Both the position numbers and the translations under genes were made by a program. A stretch of DNA of 64,000 bases from Saccostrea cucullata (Eukaryota): positions 62,001-126,000 of the forward strand of contig NW_026933663.1 in NCBI RefSeq assembly GCF_032062105.1. Reading direction: 5' to 3'. Position 1 is the stretch's first letter, and the number at the start of each line of letters is the position of its first letter. Shown one piece after another: positions 27,012 through 39,087 of the stretch. The notes below the pieces were generated by a model. The model saw only the letters and a program-made list of their open reading frames with translations. It searched no databases and was not told the origin of the DNA.

Positions 27012-28558
27012 TTCACGTCATAATTATAAATACATGTGCAATGTACATTATTTTAGAAGCATAATAACAGACCCGACTACCACAAATACTAAATACAAAT
27101 TATATGTGATTGTCAAAAGGACAGGGGATGACATATCAGTCGTCGTTGGGAATATTTTCTCTTTCATACATGTAAGATAAATATATTTGTCTGTTCTTTG
27201 TTTTCAAAAAAATATGTAACCTTATTCAGCTTCATATCAATAATGAGTATATACTATTAAAAAGCAGGGACGTGGTATCACTTTTTCTCCCGACATTACC
27301 TTTACTATAGAAAATGTTCACTCAAAGTAAGGTTGGACCCTCCACACTTCAGCACAGTACAGTGTTATAAAGAAAATTTACCCTAAAAACTTCGAATTAA
27401 AAGGTAGTTGGTCTTGAAAAAGTTAGCCACCCCCATACCCCACGCCACCCCACCCCCACCCAACCCACAAAATAGGATTTTCGACTTTGAGCAACTTTTA
27501 ATTTCTCGTTTTTTTTTTTGTTTTTTTTTGCTTTTTGTTTTTTTTTTTTTTTTTTTTTGCTCGTCAACTTTTTCAGGTAAGAAAAAAAAATTCTCAGGTT
27601 GCCCCCCCCCCCCACTTTCGAAAACGATGCTGCGTGCCTGAAAAATACTATACTGTAGTATTAAAACCGAAACAAAGTAATGCATAGATAATGTCTTAGC
27701 TAAATCAAAAATAAATCTTTAATAGGAAAAAATATCAAGGAAAATGCTGGCATATAAAAACTCCTTAAAATCTCCTTAATTCACCCAAGGTTATTGTAAA
27801 AATCAATTCATATAAAGAAAAAAATGAAAGGTTTAATTTAGAACATATTAAATAAAAAAGGGGATAAGTAAAAAATAAACTTAAATATGAATTTATTTAA
27901 GCGAATATATTTATTAGGTTGAGAAATGTACAATTCTTTACGCTGTATAGGAATCATTACGCTAAATTTGATAACGCCATGTGAACGTTACGACGTCATG
28001 ATGTCGTCAGTGTTATTTTCTTAAGAAAACATTGCATTTTTAGTGAGTTGTGTAGGGAAAACGGTTTGAGATATTTTCAAAAAATAAATTGATTTAGAAC
28101 AGGGGTATCCAAGACACATAATTTAAATATTATCGCCAGATTTTGGGACTAGGCGGATTTTGGTGCCTAACGTACCTTCTTTTTAGTTGAATTTTCGCCT
28201 TTATTTAGACTAAACCTTAGGTTTAAATACTTATACAGCCCCAAAAGGTTTGTTTTAATTAATTTATAAGTTATTTTCAGTGCAAACCCGTTTGTATCCT
28301 TCAAAATCATTTCGGAGTGATTCTGCAATTTTTTGCTACATTGCAAATATATGGGTGGTATTCTAATTGGGGTGAGGGCTTGTCCCGAGACACAGTTACA
28401 TTATTCTAACTATGCTCACCCCAATGATCTCACCATAAAATATATCACCTACTTTTTGTATTATCTCAACATGCTCAATATCTGCATTTTGTGGCCAAAA
28501 GACAGAACATCGCAACATAATGAATACCTCATTTTTTTTATACAGTCATGCTTATGAT

Positions 28559-29100
28559 TAGCTGCAGAACTGTAGCTCTCCAAACAAAAATGTATTGATA
28601 GACTGTAGAGCTACAGTGCCACCCATTGAAAAAAAACTGTATATTTATTGCACAAAAAAAGCATTCTTGGTTCTTGATTATTTCTTCCAAATTCTTACGT
28701 CAATTGAAAAAAAAGGGAAGATTTCAAATAATTCCTTTCTCCTCTATCAAGTACTCTCGAAGTTGACATCTGAACGAAGCATATTTGACTGAATTATCTT
28801 TGAAACCAAAATGGCAGTGTAAATAAGAGAAATGTTCGATGATTACAATATCAGGGTTAGGAGGACTATTATCAACAATATTATGAGGAATGTTTTGTTG
28901 CGGAAAGAGTCAAAGAATATGTTATGAACACATGGTTAGTAATATTTTGAGATTACAGTTTTAAAATCATGGAGAAATAAATCGAAAACTGAGCACACTT
29001 TTTAGGGCGCAATAAATATACAGTTTTTTGAATGGATGGCACTGTAGCTCTCCAGTCTATCAATATATATTTTTTTCGGAGAGCTACAGATCTACAGCTA
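28559..29100. mobile_element. MULE/Mutator-type MITE (9-bp TSD)
   Basis: Long TIRs (>70 bp) TAGCTG.AGA.CTGTAGCTCTCC. TSD GCTTATGAT at 28550-28558 and 29107-29115, with an extra CATGTA between the right end and the TSD. Confidence 0.8.
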
Positions 29101-29173
29101 CATGTAGCTTATGATGAATATGACAAATCTTGCCAAAAAAATGAACCATTGTGTACACAGATTGCGTTTTCTT

Positions 29174-29583
29174 TAGGGGTGAAACGGTTCACCGCGGTAT
29201 CGGTTCACCGCGGTATTTTTTCTCGGTTCGATACACGGTACAAAATCTCTACTTTCGGTTCGGTTCGTTTTTTGGTCGGGATCGTCATTCAGTCGGGTTT
29301 GGCATAAGGTATAAACATGCTTCTCTGTGTAATTAGTTCAAAAACGTAAATTTTTGTGGACTTAAAGTTTGTAAAATGATTTTTAACAGTCAAATCAATT
29401 AAGGTGATTTATTCTATCCAGTTTGCACATTAATTCTTTGACTAGATTAAATAAAAGGAAGGATAAAACAACAGTTAAATTTGTTTCCTTCTATCAAAAT
29501 GTATCGTATCGAAAATAACCGAACCGAGATCAAATTTTTCGATACGTATCGAACCGTGAAGGAGGCGTATCGTTTCACCCCTA
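29174..29583. mobile_element. hAT MITE (8-bp TSD)
   Basis: GTTTTCTT|TAGGGGTGAAACG...CGTTTCACCCCTA|GTTTTCTT with subterminal CGGTTC/GAACCG repeats. Confidence 0.9.
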
Positions 29584-29902
29584 GTTTTCTTCTCTAGTAT
29601 CATTTACAAAGACGAAGAATTCCTTGTGGAAGTGAATAATTGTTTAGAAAGATCATAAATAAAGGCCAGTATCACATACCACACGGCTAGGTTTTGTGCT
29701 TAACCAATAATTTTCAAAAATCCAGTTTCGCTTTGTGCTTTTCCATCACCGGAAGTACATCGTTGCAATATTAGTAACTCGTACATTTTAATATTCTAGA
29801 TTAATTGAATTTTCTCCTGCGCAAACGATATTTCCAAATGTGAAGAAGACCCTGTGATTTATATTTTTTTCGATTTATTTTCAGAAATAATGACAATATA
29901 TT

Positions 29903-30305
29903 CGGTCCTACTAAACAGAGTACGCTAGTACGATAGAGTACTTTAGAGTTTAGTATTTTATAATTTAATGCAATTAAACTTCTTTTTGTATGTTTTTCTA
30001 CTTCAGTTTAACATATTGAATATATATTTTAGATAAAACTTATATGTTTTCTTTATTTTAGGAGTTATTTCAATTTTTAATTTCAGGTTACGGTTAAAAT
30101 CGTTTGATCCCGATCTAATTTAACTTAAACATGTTGAAATAACTCATATTGTGAAGGTGTAAAATATTTACACATGCAATTAAATAATGTTTAATCAAGT
30201 TGTACATACATAAATAAATAATTTAATTGCATTTAATATCATAATTTTTCTAGCGTACTCTAAAGTACTCTATCGTACTCTAGCGTACTCTGTTTAGTAG
30301 TACCC
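29903..30305. mobile_element. MULE-type MITE (9-bp TSD)
   Basis: CAATATATT|.GGT.CTACTAAACAGAGTACGCTAG...CTAGCGTACTCTGTTTAGTAGTACCC|CAATATATT. Confidence 0.85.
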
Positions 30306-30694
30306 CAATATATTATGCAGCCAGACAGAGATAAATTTATACGAATTATTCTACGTCACGCTTAGCTAGAATTTGTGTCTGCTTTTTAAATCTCGAATTT
30401 ACTCAACTTTGTTTACAAAACAGATGGTCTGGTAATTTACATTGGAACTCATTTATCATCCCGTTTATAGGTATTTTCCTTAAGAAATAACATAAATATA
30501 ATATTTTTATATCGCATGTGCTTATATTTGTTGGTTAAACGTTTTGTTTGAACTTTGAAGATATGCCAGTGGTATATACATGTACCATACATGTGTTTAT
30601 TTTACTAGGGCAATTAAAAACAAAAAGAATGTCGCATCAGTAACTAAGCTATTGCATATGATTACAAAAAATAAAGAAATGAATGAACGAATGA

Positions 30695-30773
30695 ATCAAT
30701 CCATCCATCCATCCATAAATAAATAAATAAACAAACACACTGATAAATAAATAAATATAAATAAATGAATAAA
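30695..30773. repeat. Compound microsatellite (CCAT)n/(AAAT)n
   Basis: Directly visible simple repeats. Confidence 0.8.
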
Positions 30774-32739
30774 TTAGCAATGACAGGCATGCGCGAGTTA
30801 TGGCACTTTCCTATTCTGCTCCATGCTAAATAGGTCATGTTTATAAGTGAATTAACAGCTTAAATTTCTGTGCATACTTTAATTTCTTGATTCAGATTAA
30901 AAGTTAAAAGACCATTTTGGATAATACATACATCGATTCCTGACAAAAGTGCGTAAAAAAATGCATAACACGAGATACTCGCACGGTTATATAGATAACA
31001 AAGACGTAATGGCGGCCATTATGTGAGAAAACCCTGATGTTATAAATAGGCATTATAATGCTTAATCACTTGATATTAGACAGTCATATGAATGTTTTAC
31101 GAAGGCTGAAAGATAGAGATTTCTAAAAACATCTTGGGTACGTAGATCAAGTCCCATAAATAGAAATTTAAAGCGAAAGTAGATGACATATCGTGTTCAA
31201 CTTCGTTTCTTTCGTTAATTTGCCGTTTTGACAATACTTTGACAGCAATAAACAGAAGGAGAAATCATTTTTCTTTCATTTGGTATATAGTTTCTTAAAA
31301 TAAATCGTTGCGCATAGGTGCGCAATGAGCTTTAACCAGTTATGCTTGACAAAAACGTCGACATTTTTAACAGGGGCAGATAACTGAAATTCCCGCGCAA
31401 CATCGGAGATTCTGAGAAGGCATTATTTCTAAGTTGTATATTTGTTGATCAATGTCAATCTCAAGCTGTTATATTCTTACAATGCTAATAAAAATAATAA
31501 AAAGTAAATAAAATGCATGATTTTAATGAATCAGATCTATGAACTTTGATTAGTATCACTGCATTCTACAACTTTAGGATACCATTAAGTCCATTTGCAG
31601 TAATTGGTGTAATGTATGGATAATTATAATTATTATAATAGATCTATATGTTTTCATTTTTTTAAATTCATATATTTCTTTTAAACAATTTTTATAGCAG
31701 AATATCAAGTGATTGAACAGATTAAGAGGACCTCGAGTTCATACTTGGAATTTTTTTTTCAGGAATTTTTTTTTATCAGATTTATACACATGTACCAGTA
31801 TATCGTACAGCTAGATTAGCATTATTTTAAAATTTGAATTGCTCAAAATAAAAACAATGAATGCTAATACTTTTGAAGTGTTGTTTAAATATTAGATTTA
31901 TATTTTAATCAAATTGTTTCAACAAAAAAGAAATAAAAATATTCTAACAATATTATTTTGCAATATTTAATAATACATGCATTTTTATAACAACATATTT
32001 AAAGATATAATAATTTAAAATCCATGAGTATGTAAACAAAATATAAATAATATTCTTTGCTGATGTGTACTTCATTAAAAGTACTCATGTTCTATCTTAA
32101 TTACTAAGTGCCTGGTTTCCCTATTTGGTATAACATTAAGTATAATTCCGAAGATCCTACAATTTATACTTATAAACTGAAAAATGATCTGGAATCAGGG
32201 GCTTGAAAACAAAAGTTTAATAGATTTTGCATTTGATTCTCAGAGTAAAATCAGCAGTAAATGCTGTCATTATTTAAAATTGTTTAAAATGAATATCAAT
32301 TTACATTTCTTCAAGTGTTATTATTATTTTTTTTTACAACCGAAAAATTGGCAGAAAACACGAAATGCTACTGAATTTCAAATACTTATATCTTTTTTGT
32401 ACATTGACCAATCTGAATAACCTTTACACCATTGAAATCCTTGTAAACTGACCTTTCTTTTGATGTAAAAGAAGTGTGGTTTCAAAATTATTTTAAAAAT
32501 TGCCTGTTATTGCTAAATAAATAAATAATTAATTGATATACAGTCCTATACACCAATCAACTGAAAAGCAGCAATAATACATCTTACACTTTACATTATC
32601 TTTTGTTCTCTTTTAAGCCCCTTTTTTTCTTGTTAATAGCTAGGTGAAGGAAAGAAGCATCAGTTGAGAGGAACTATTAACCATTTTCCAGTAGCTCGAT
32701 TTTTCACAAGGATTCTGTCAGATATAGACATGTTTTGAA

Positions 32740-33657
32740 ATGAATAAACAGTGTCATCTTAAGATGCTGAGCTGTATCACTTTTCGTAAAATTAAAAACA
32801 TATCCCTCTGTCTCATGATGGCTGCCCTGGTCGCAAATCTGATGGGACTTCTGTCTAAAATTTGGACTTCACGCAAAGTAGAGGAACATTCCTACCGTGA
32901 GAGCAAATACAAACTTCCATACCCAAAGACTCCACATTTAGTCCTGGGAAATGACGTCATAAAAGACAGAAAAATCTTAATAATTGGTGACGTACATGGC
33001 TGTCTAGAAGAGTTGAAGGAATTGTTGGAGGAAGCGAAATCAAGGTGCGCGGATCAAGAGATCCTTCCTGTGTTTGTAGGTGATCTTCTTTCTAAAGGAC
33101 CATTTCCGGTGGAGACTGTCAGAAAACTCCAAACTATGGACCATTTTGCGGTGCGTGGAAACCATGACGAAGCAGTGCTTAGACAAGCTTTACTCTACAA
33201 AAGTACAGAAAATTACGAACTTCCAAAGAAGTATGAATGGGTGCCGAAGCTCTCTGAAAAAGATATCACATATCTTCAGGAACTTCCATATACAATTTCC
33301 ATTCCGAGTATAAATGTGATAATTGTTCATGCGGGATTGATTCCAGGAGTTGATCTCTTTAAACAGAATTTGACTAACATGATCATTATGCGAAACATTG
33401 TAAAATCTCCCAATGGTTCTCTGACTCCAGCAGAATTAACAAACGAAGGAGAGGCTTGGGCCTCACTTTGGCCTGGCCCAGATCACGTGTATTTTGGCCA
33501 TGATGCCATAAGGCGTTTACAGGAGCATGCGCATGCAACGGGCCTAGATACTGGCTGTGTGTATGGGAACGAACTAACTGGTGCTTTGGTCTCCAAGGAC
33601 AGAAGAGAATTCATTCACATCAAAGCCAAAAAAGTTTACAAACAACCTGACATATGA
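32740..33657 (+). CDS. ApaH-like phosphatase (ALPH); bis(5'-nucleosyl)-tetraphosphatase/PrpE-like PPP-family metallophosphoesterase, 305 aa
   Basis: Motifs IIGDVHG, FVGDLLSKGP, VRGNHD, VHAG, YFGHD and GLDTGCVYG in the expected order. Uninterrupted ORF with an acceptor-like pyrimidine tract/AG at ~32643 upstream. Hydrophobic N-terminal segment; start codon choice uncertain. Confidence 0.93.
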   Translation: MNKQCHLKMLSCITFRKIKNISLCLMMAALVANLMGLLSKIWTSRKVEEHSYRESKYKLPYPKTPHLVLGNDVIKDRKILIIGDVHGCLEELKELLEEAKSRCADQEILPVFVGDLLSKGPFPVETVRKLQTMDHFAVRGNHDEAVLRQALLYKSTENYELPKKYEWVPKLSEKDITYLQELPYTISIPSINVIIVHAGLIPGVDLFKQNLTNMIIMRNIVKSPNGSLTPAELTNEGEAWASLWPGPDHVYFGHDAIRRLQEHAHATGLDTGCVYGNELTGALVSKDRREFIHIKAKKVYKQPDI

Positions 33658-33775
33658 TAGACTGGGAAAACCACACAGATAGTGCTTCTTATTATTAACC
33701 TTTGTACAAGTTCATTCTCAGATTGTATTTTTGAGATATTTTAGGGAGCCTTTTAATTAGATTGTTTCCATAGTA

Positions 33776-34264
33776 CAGTCAGGGGTGTGACTGAAATCCA
33801 TCATTTTTAAAAATGATGGATAATGGTCATTTCTTCTAAGTATATAATGTACACAATTTTCTGATTTTTGTAAATATGACGTCTTTTCATCATATTTCCA
33901 TTCTCAAGTCAATTTTCCCATCCCATTTACTACAGTAATTAGATATAGTACACTATCCTGCCATAGACCCTTGTGAAGAGAAACATCTTGACAAGTAATT
34001 GAAACCAAAATAATTTAGTGCGCCCCGTAAAACTAATGAGATAATTAAGTGCGCCCAGACCTAACAATTTGATAAAAAATGATGAAAAACAGTCATTTTT
34101 AATATCAGAGATAACTCTATTTCTAAAATAAATTTCAAAATAGAAATGACTGTTTTTCATCATTTTACTAAAAAAAGATGAATTTCCATCATTATTAAAA
34201 ATCAATTTAATGACTGAAAATCATCATTTTTAAAAATGATGGATTTCAATCACACCCCTGACTG
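33776..34264. mobile_element. MITE in the probable 3' UTR of the ALPH gene
   Basis: TA|CAGTCAGGGGTGTGA.TGAAATCCATCATTTTTAAAAATGATG...CATCATTTTTAAAAATGATGGATTTCAATCACACCCCTGACTG|TA. Confidence 0.85.
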
Positions 34265-35412
34265 TAGTATGCAATTTGCAAATATCGTGACATGTATTTC
34301 TAAATGTTCTTTAAAAATGTTTCCATATACTAGTATTCTTTGTGTGTTTATTGAAAGACGAATCAAATTAATATTACAATGTATTATGTTTTTCTAATGA
34401 ACCATGATAACGTTTACAAGTGTATTCAGAAGAGGCGAAATTTGCTTTGGTGACTGGTTTTCCAAGTAACTGAGTCACCATATTTCACTTTATAGAGTTA
34501 GTATAATACTGTTTATATTCATTTTAAAGGAAATATTTTGTGGGGTGCGAACATTGGCTTTTTTTAGTGTATTTGTTGTAGTCCGCTAAATAAAATAATA
34601 TAAATCAAGGTTTGTATCCATGCTTAAAGGTACTGATCGAATTCAAGAAAGATAAATGATCAGCCAGTTGTTAAACGTTATTTATAATTATCGTATTTAA
34701 CTTTATTTTTTTCTTACATAAACAGTTATTCAAAATTATGATCAATCAAATTAAATTTATGGGAAATACTGTTTAAAACTATGTTTGTAAAAAAAAAAAA
34801 TTAAAAATACAAGGATTTTCATCATTTTTTTGATCTGATCTGAACTCCTTGTAATGTATGCTGGTATATTTTGTGTAAGAACGTCTTGTGGTACTATGAT
34901 TTTAAAATGAGAATATCGCTGAAAATTAATTGAGTAAGGTAGATTGTAGACTTTTTCAATAATTATGTACGTTGCATCTGTCCTTAAAAAATATTTGGTT
35001 GCCCTCTCCCGACCGACCGGTTAAAAAATAGCCCGACTTAAAACTTTTTTTAACCTCCATGAGGCAATTATTTTTTAATGTGCTTCGGAAAATTAATTAG
35101 GAAAATTCAGCATTGATGTTGAAATTTTTCTAGAAGAAAAATATTCTTACCTACCTACCGGCCAATTTTTTTTTTTCATCGTGAGTCTGAAGAGGACAAA
35201 CACACATTGTTTTAAACTTGGTCTGATAAAAAGGGGTAAAAAATTTTTTTTATAAATATACCCCAAAACCTCGTGTCAAAATATTTGTACATTTTTAGGT
35301 CACCTGAGTAAACTCAGGTGACCTATTGCTATCTGTTTTCGTCCGTCGTCATGCATCGTGCGTTATCCGTTAACATTTGAACATTTTCAGTTTCTTCTCT
35401 GCAACCACTGAA

Positions 35413-35443
<31 letters not shown>

Positions 35444-35689
35444 TATGAGTGAAGGGGAACAAAAATTGTGAATTTCATGATCCCTGCCCCCCTGGGGTCT
35501 GAGAGGTGGGGCCAAAACCACTAAAATTAATGCAATCTTTAAAAATCTTCTTCTTTACTCCTGGACATCAAGCAGTCAAACTGTTTGCATGATTGTAACA
35601 AGCTTTGAGATCTCTACAAAAATTATAAAATTCATGGACCTGGGGTCAGGGGTTCTAGTGCTAGGGTGGGGCTTAATAAGTAGGTAGTG

Positions 35690-35723
<34 letters not shown>

Positions 35724-36766
35724 GCTCCTGGGTGTTAAATAAACCAACTAAGTACATAGTTATGATGAGCAAGAGTGCCTCTACCGAAATTGTGAATTTT
35801 ATGGCCCCAGGGTCAGGGGTTCTGGTGTTAGGGCGGGGCTCTATTGATTATATAGTGAAAATACATGAATTCTTTGAAAATATTCTTCTCTGCTCCTTGG
35901 TATTAAATAAACTAACTAAGTACATAGTTATGATGAGCAAGAGTGCCTCTACCAAAATTGTGAATTTTATGGCCCCAGGGTCAGGGGTTCTTGTATTAGG
36001 ATTGGGCTCTAATGATTATATAGTGAAATGCATGATTTCTTTGAACATCTTATCCTTTGCTCCTGGTTAATATGCTAATGATCTAATTATACATTTATTT
36101 AGGTTTTATTTTATTTTCATTTTTACAAATCCTCCGCTCAAGGTTTTGAATTTTCAGAAAAAAATTAAACAATTTTTTTCTTTCCGATGTCAAATTTGAG
36201 TCGGGATCGAGATTTCAAATTTACGAACTCGCACTTCCGGCTTTACGATGAAACGGCGGGTAAATAAAGCTAGATCTGAGAAGATAGCTTGGTTTAGTGT
36301 AAAATTCATCGATAAGAGTGCCATTCAAAACGTTTCACCCGTTCAAAGGACAAATAAAATGCTGACGACTTTGTTGCACAATGACATGCTGGTGAGATAA
36401 TTAAAGTATGTATTCGTTTCAAAAGTAACTGTCTGTAAATTATTTTCCTCCCCCAGGTTTTAAACTGCTCGTGGTAGCTATTGCATATTGCCAGCGACTT
36501 TGTTTAGGTCTCTGTTATAGCTTACAGTCTAAGCATCATTTTTCAGAAAAGGATTGCCTATGCATCAGATGTAATGAATAAAACTATAGGAGAAGTTAAG
36601 TCCATTTGAGGAAGAAATAAACAATAACCTGAAGAAATAAAAAAAAAAAAATTCAACTATTAAAAGGCAAGAATATACAAATATATACAGGCATGTAGTA
36701 TCATTTGTTTCAGCCAGAAAAATAATTTTACACTTAATTGAAAAAATTTTCACCCTACTCCCCAAT

Positions 36767-37435
36767 CAGGTCCAGCACAATCTCTTGATTAAGCTATATA
36801 GCTTTAAAAAGCTATATAGCTTTATTAAGCTATTCAAAATAGCTTGATAAAGCTATTTATATGCTATTTTTCACAAAAACGTTTTTTGAAAGAATTAAAC
36901 AAAAAGTCGCAAATATTTAACTATTCATATATGTACTATGGACTATCAAAAATACAACCTAAATCATAGAAAGTTCTAACATTGCTGCTGTTGAATACTA
37001 AAGCAAAATATGAATTTCCATTTTTGAGTAACTGTGTATGCGGTGGGGCGTGGGTAAGTATGATTGCTTCTCGTTGTGCTGAACTGTTACTAATCAATTA
37101 TCCTGTTGGCCATAACTGGTCTCCTTTATAATTTCATTCAAGAAATAACTGTGTGGTCACTCATCAATAGCCCCAAAACTTTTAAAACTTTGAGTACAAA
37201 GTCTCTCAAGGAGACGCAATTTGGTGAGTGATTTTTACATGCATTGTATTCAGAAGAGTACAAAGTTTAATATTTCCACTGCACCAAGGTGCGACTTTTT
37301 GTACATGTTGAAAAAATAACACATTTGAGAAAAAAGTCTGAGAAAATAGCTTAATCAAGCTATTCTGAATAGCGTAATAAAGCTATATAGCTAAATCAAG
37401 CTATATAGCTTAATCAAGAGATTGTGCCGGACCTG
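36767..37435. mobile_element. TIR element with a 5-bp TSD (hAT-like CAGG ends)
   Basis: CCAAT|CAGGTCC.GCACAATCTCTTGATTAAGCTATATAGC...GCTATATAGCTTAATCAAGAGATTGTGCCGGACCTG|CCAAT. Confidence 0.85.
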
Positions 37436-37704
37436 CCAATACTCCATGTCTGTTTTACGAATAAAAAAAATATTATAATTTTTGGGATCAAGTGAATTTT
37501 AGAACAATGTCTACACATTCACCTAACACATATTAAAAAAATGAAGATATATTGAAAGACTTTTAAAGAATTGATTTTTAAAAATATATTTTGATCAACA
37601 TCACAAAATTTATATAACTGGCCCAAACTGGCAGATGATGAAATAAGCAATAAAATGTTCTACTTTCCATTTGTAAGCATTATGTGTCCAGTAGTAAGGA
37701 GCCT

Positions 37705-39087
37705 CCCAAGTGAAAATTTTTTCAAACAAATCACTTACAAATTGCCTACAAATTGCTTTAAAATCACTTAAAAGTGATTTGTTTCAGTGATTTGTAAGCA
37801 ATTCATTTAACAAATCATGCTTAAATCACTTTCTACCTATATGATGACTATGATTTGCTTACAATTTGTTATGAAAGGGTGATTTGCTTGTGATTTCTTT
37901 CCCATTTCAGACAATTTCTGAGTGATTTGTTAAACTTAGGAAATTGTTACAGTGATTTCTTCATGATTTGTTGAACTTAGCTGTTCTTCAAGGTGATTTG
38001 AAAATGATTTCTGGAACTTAGTCTTTCTTCAAAGTGATTTGAAGACGATTTGTTAACTTAGTCTTTCTTCTGGATGATTTGTAAATGATTTGTTGAACAC
38101 ATGGTCCTTCTGCAGAGTGATTTGAGAGTGATTTACTTCACAACTTCCGCCTGGCTTGCTGATTGGTCAGTATTAGAAACTCTACCGCCAATTTTCATTT
38201 ATCAGATTTGAATTGAAATGAAAGGAGCTAGATAAATTGTGCTGTTCTAGATTCATACCTCTTTTCTTTTGTTGAAACTGATGTTTTTTCCATAGCCATG
38301 CAAAATATAGTTTTAAGGTATGTATAACTGTTTTATGCTATCATTTCCTCCTTATAGATTCAGTTAATATTTTATATGTTTACATGCAATTTATTGTTCT
38401 TCAGAGGACCAACAACAAAGTCGGTAGCAATTAATGTTTAAAACAAAATCTATGTAAAGCTATGAGCTTCAGCAAAGTACTGGCTTTTTCAAAGTGTCTA
38501 CACAAATATTTATTTCAGATAAGAAAATTAACATTTACCAACTTCTAAAAGTCAACAATTATATGCTTATAGCATATTCTGAATTTTGAGCCAAGTAGTC
38601 ATGTGTGTATATCTAAACTACATGATGCCATCTTAATTAGAACACATCCTCGTAAAATTTATATTTTAAAATACTCTTGCCAAAAGTATTTCTGTTAATA
38701 TACAACAAATATGCATGCATGTGTGTTTCAAATAGTTGAGGGATGGTTACATGAGGATCATGCACACACGTGTGTATGCACCTGGAGTGATTTGAAAGTG
38801 ATTTGTTAAACTGAAGTGATTTGTTTGCAATTTATTTGAAATGATTTGTTTGCAATTTATATGGAGTGATTTGGTTGCAATTTGTTCAACAGAAGCGATT
38901 TCTACACAATTTATTGAAAGTGATTTCGTTGTGATTTAAGGGTGATTTGCTTACAATTTGTTAGGAGTGATTTGTTAGCTCATTTGCATGGGAATTTGCA
39001 TAATAGCATACTTACAAATCATCTTCAAATCACTGATTCATTAGTGATTTCTTAAAGTGATTTGTTTGAGGATTTTTTTCACTTGGG
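37705..39087. mobile_element. EnSpm/CACTA-type non-autonomous element
   Basis: CT|CCCAAGTGAAAA...TTTTCACTTGGG|CT with a 2-bp TSD; dozens of AGTGATTTG/CAAATCACT subterminal repeats at both ends. Confidence 0.85.

Noticed and set aside
27383-27685. Lys/Phe-rich ORFs on both strands
   Set aside because: Produced by poly-T and poly-C tracts in a repeat also seen at ~40250-40420 and ~43670-43800.
32740-33657. Bacterial contamination or very recent horizontal transfer of an apaH/prpE gene
   Set aside because: Flanked by host MITEs, preceded by a splice acceptor, host-like base composition; ALPHs are an established eukaryotic family.
35687-36070. 127-aa ORF with internal repeats
   Set aside because: Read-through of ~168-bp satellite monomers (length divisible by 3).
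37705-39087. Regularly spaced AGTGATTTG repeats as a CRISPR-like array
   Set aside because: Repeats are ~9 bp, irregular, in both orientations and enclosed by TIRs with a 2-bp TSD. They are CACTA subterminal repeats in eukaryotic DNA with no cas genes.
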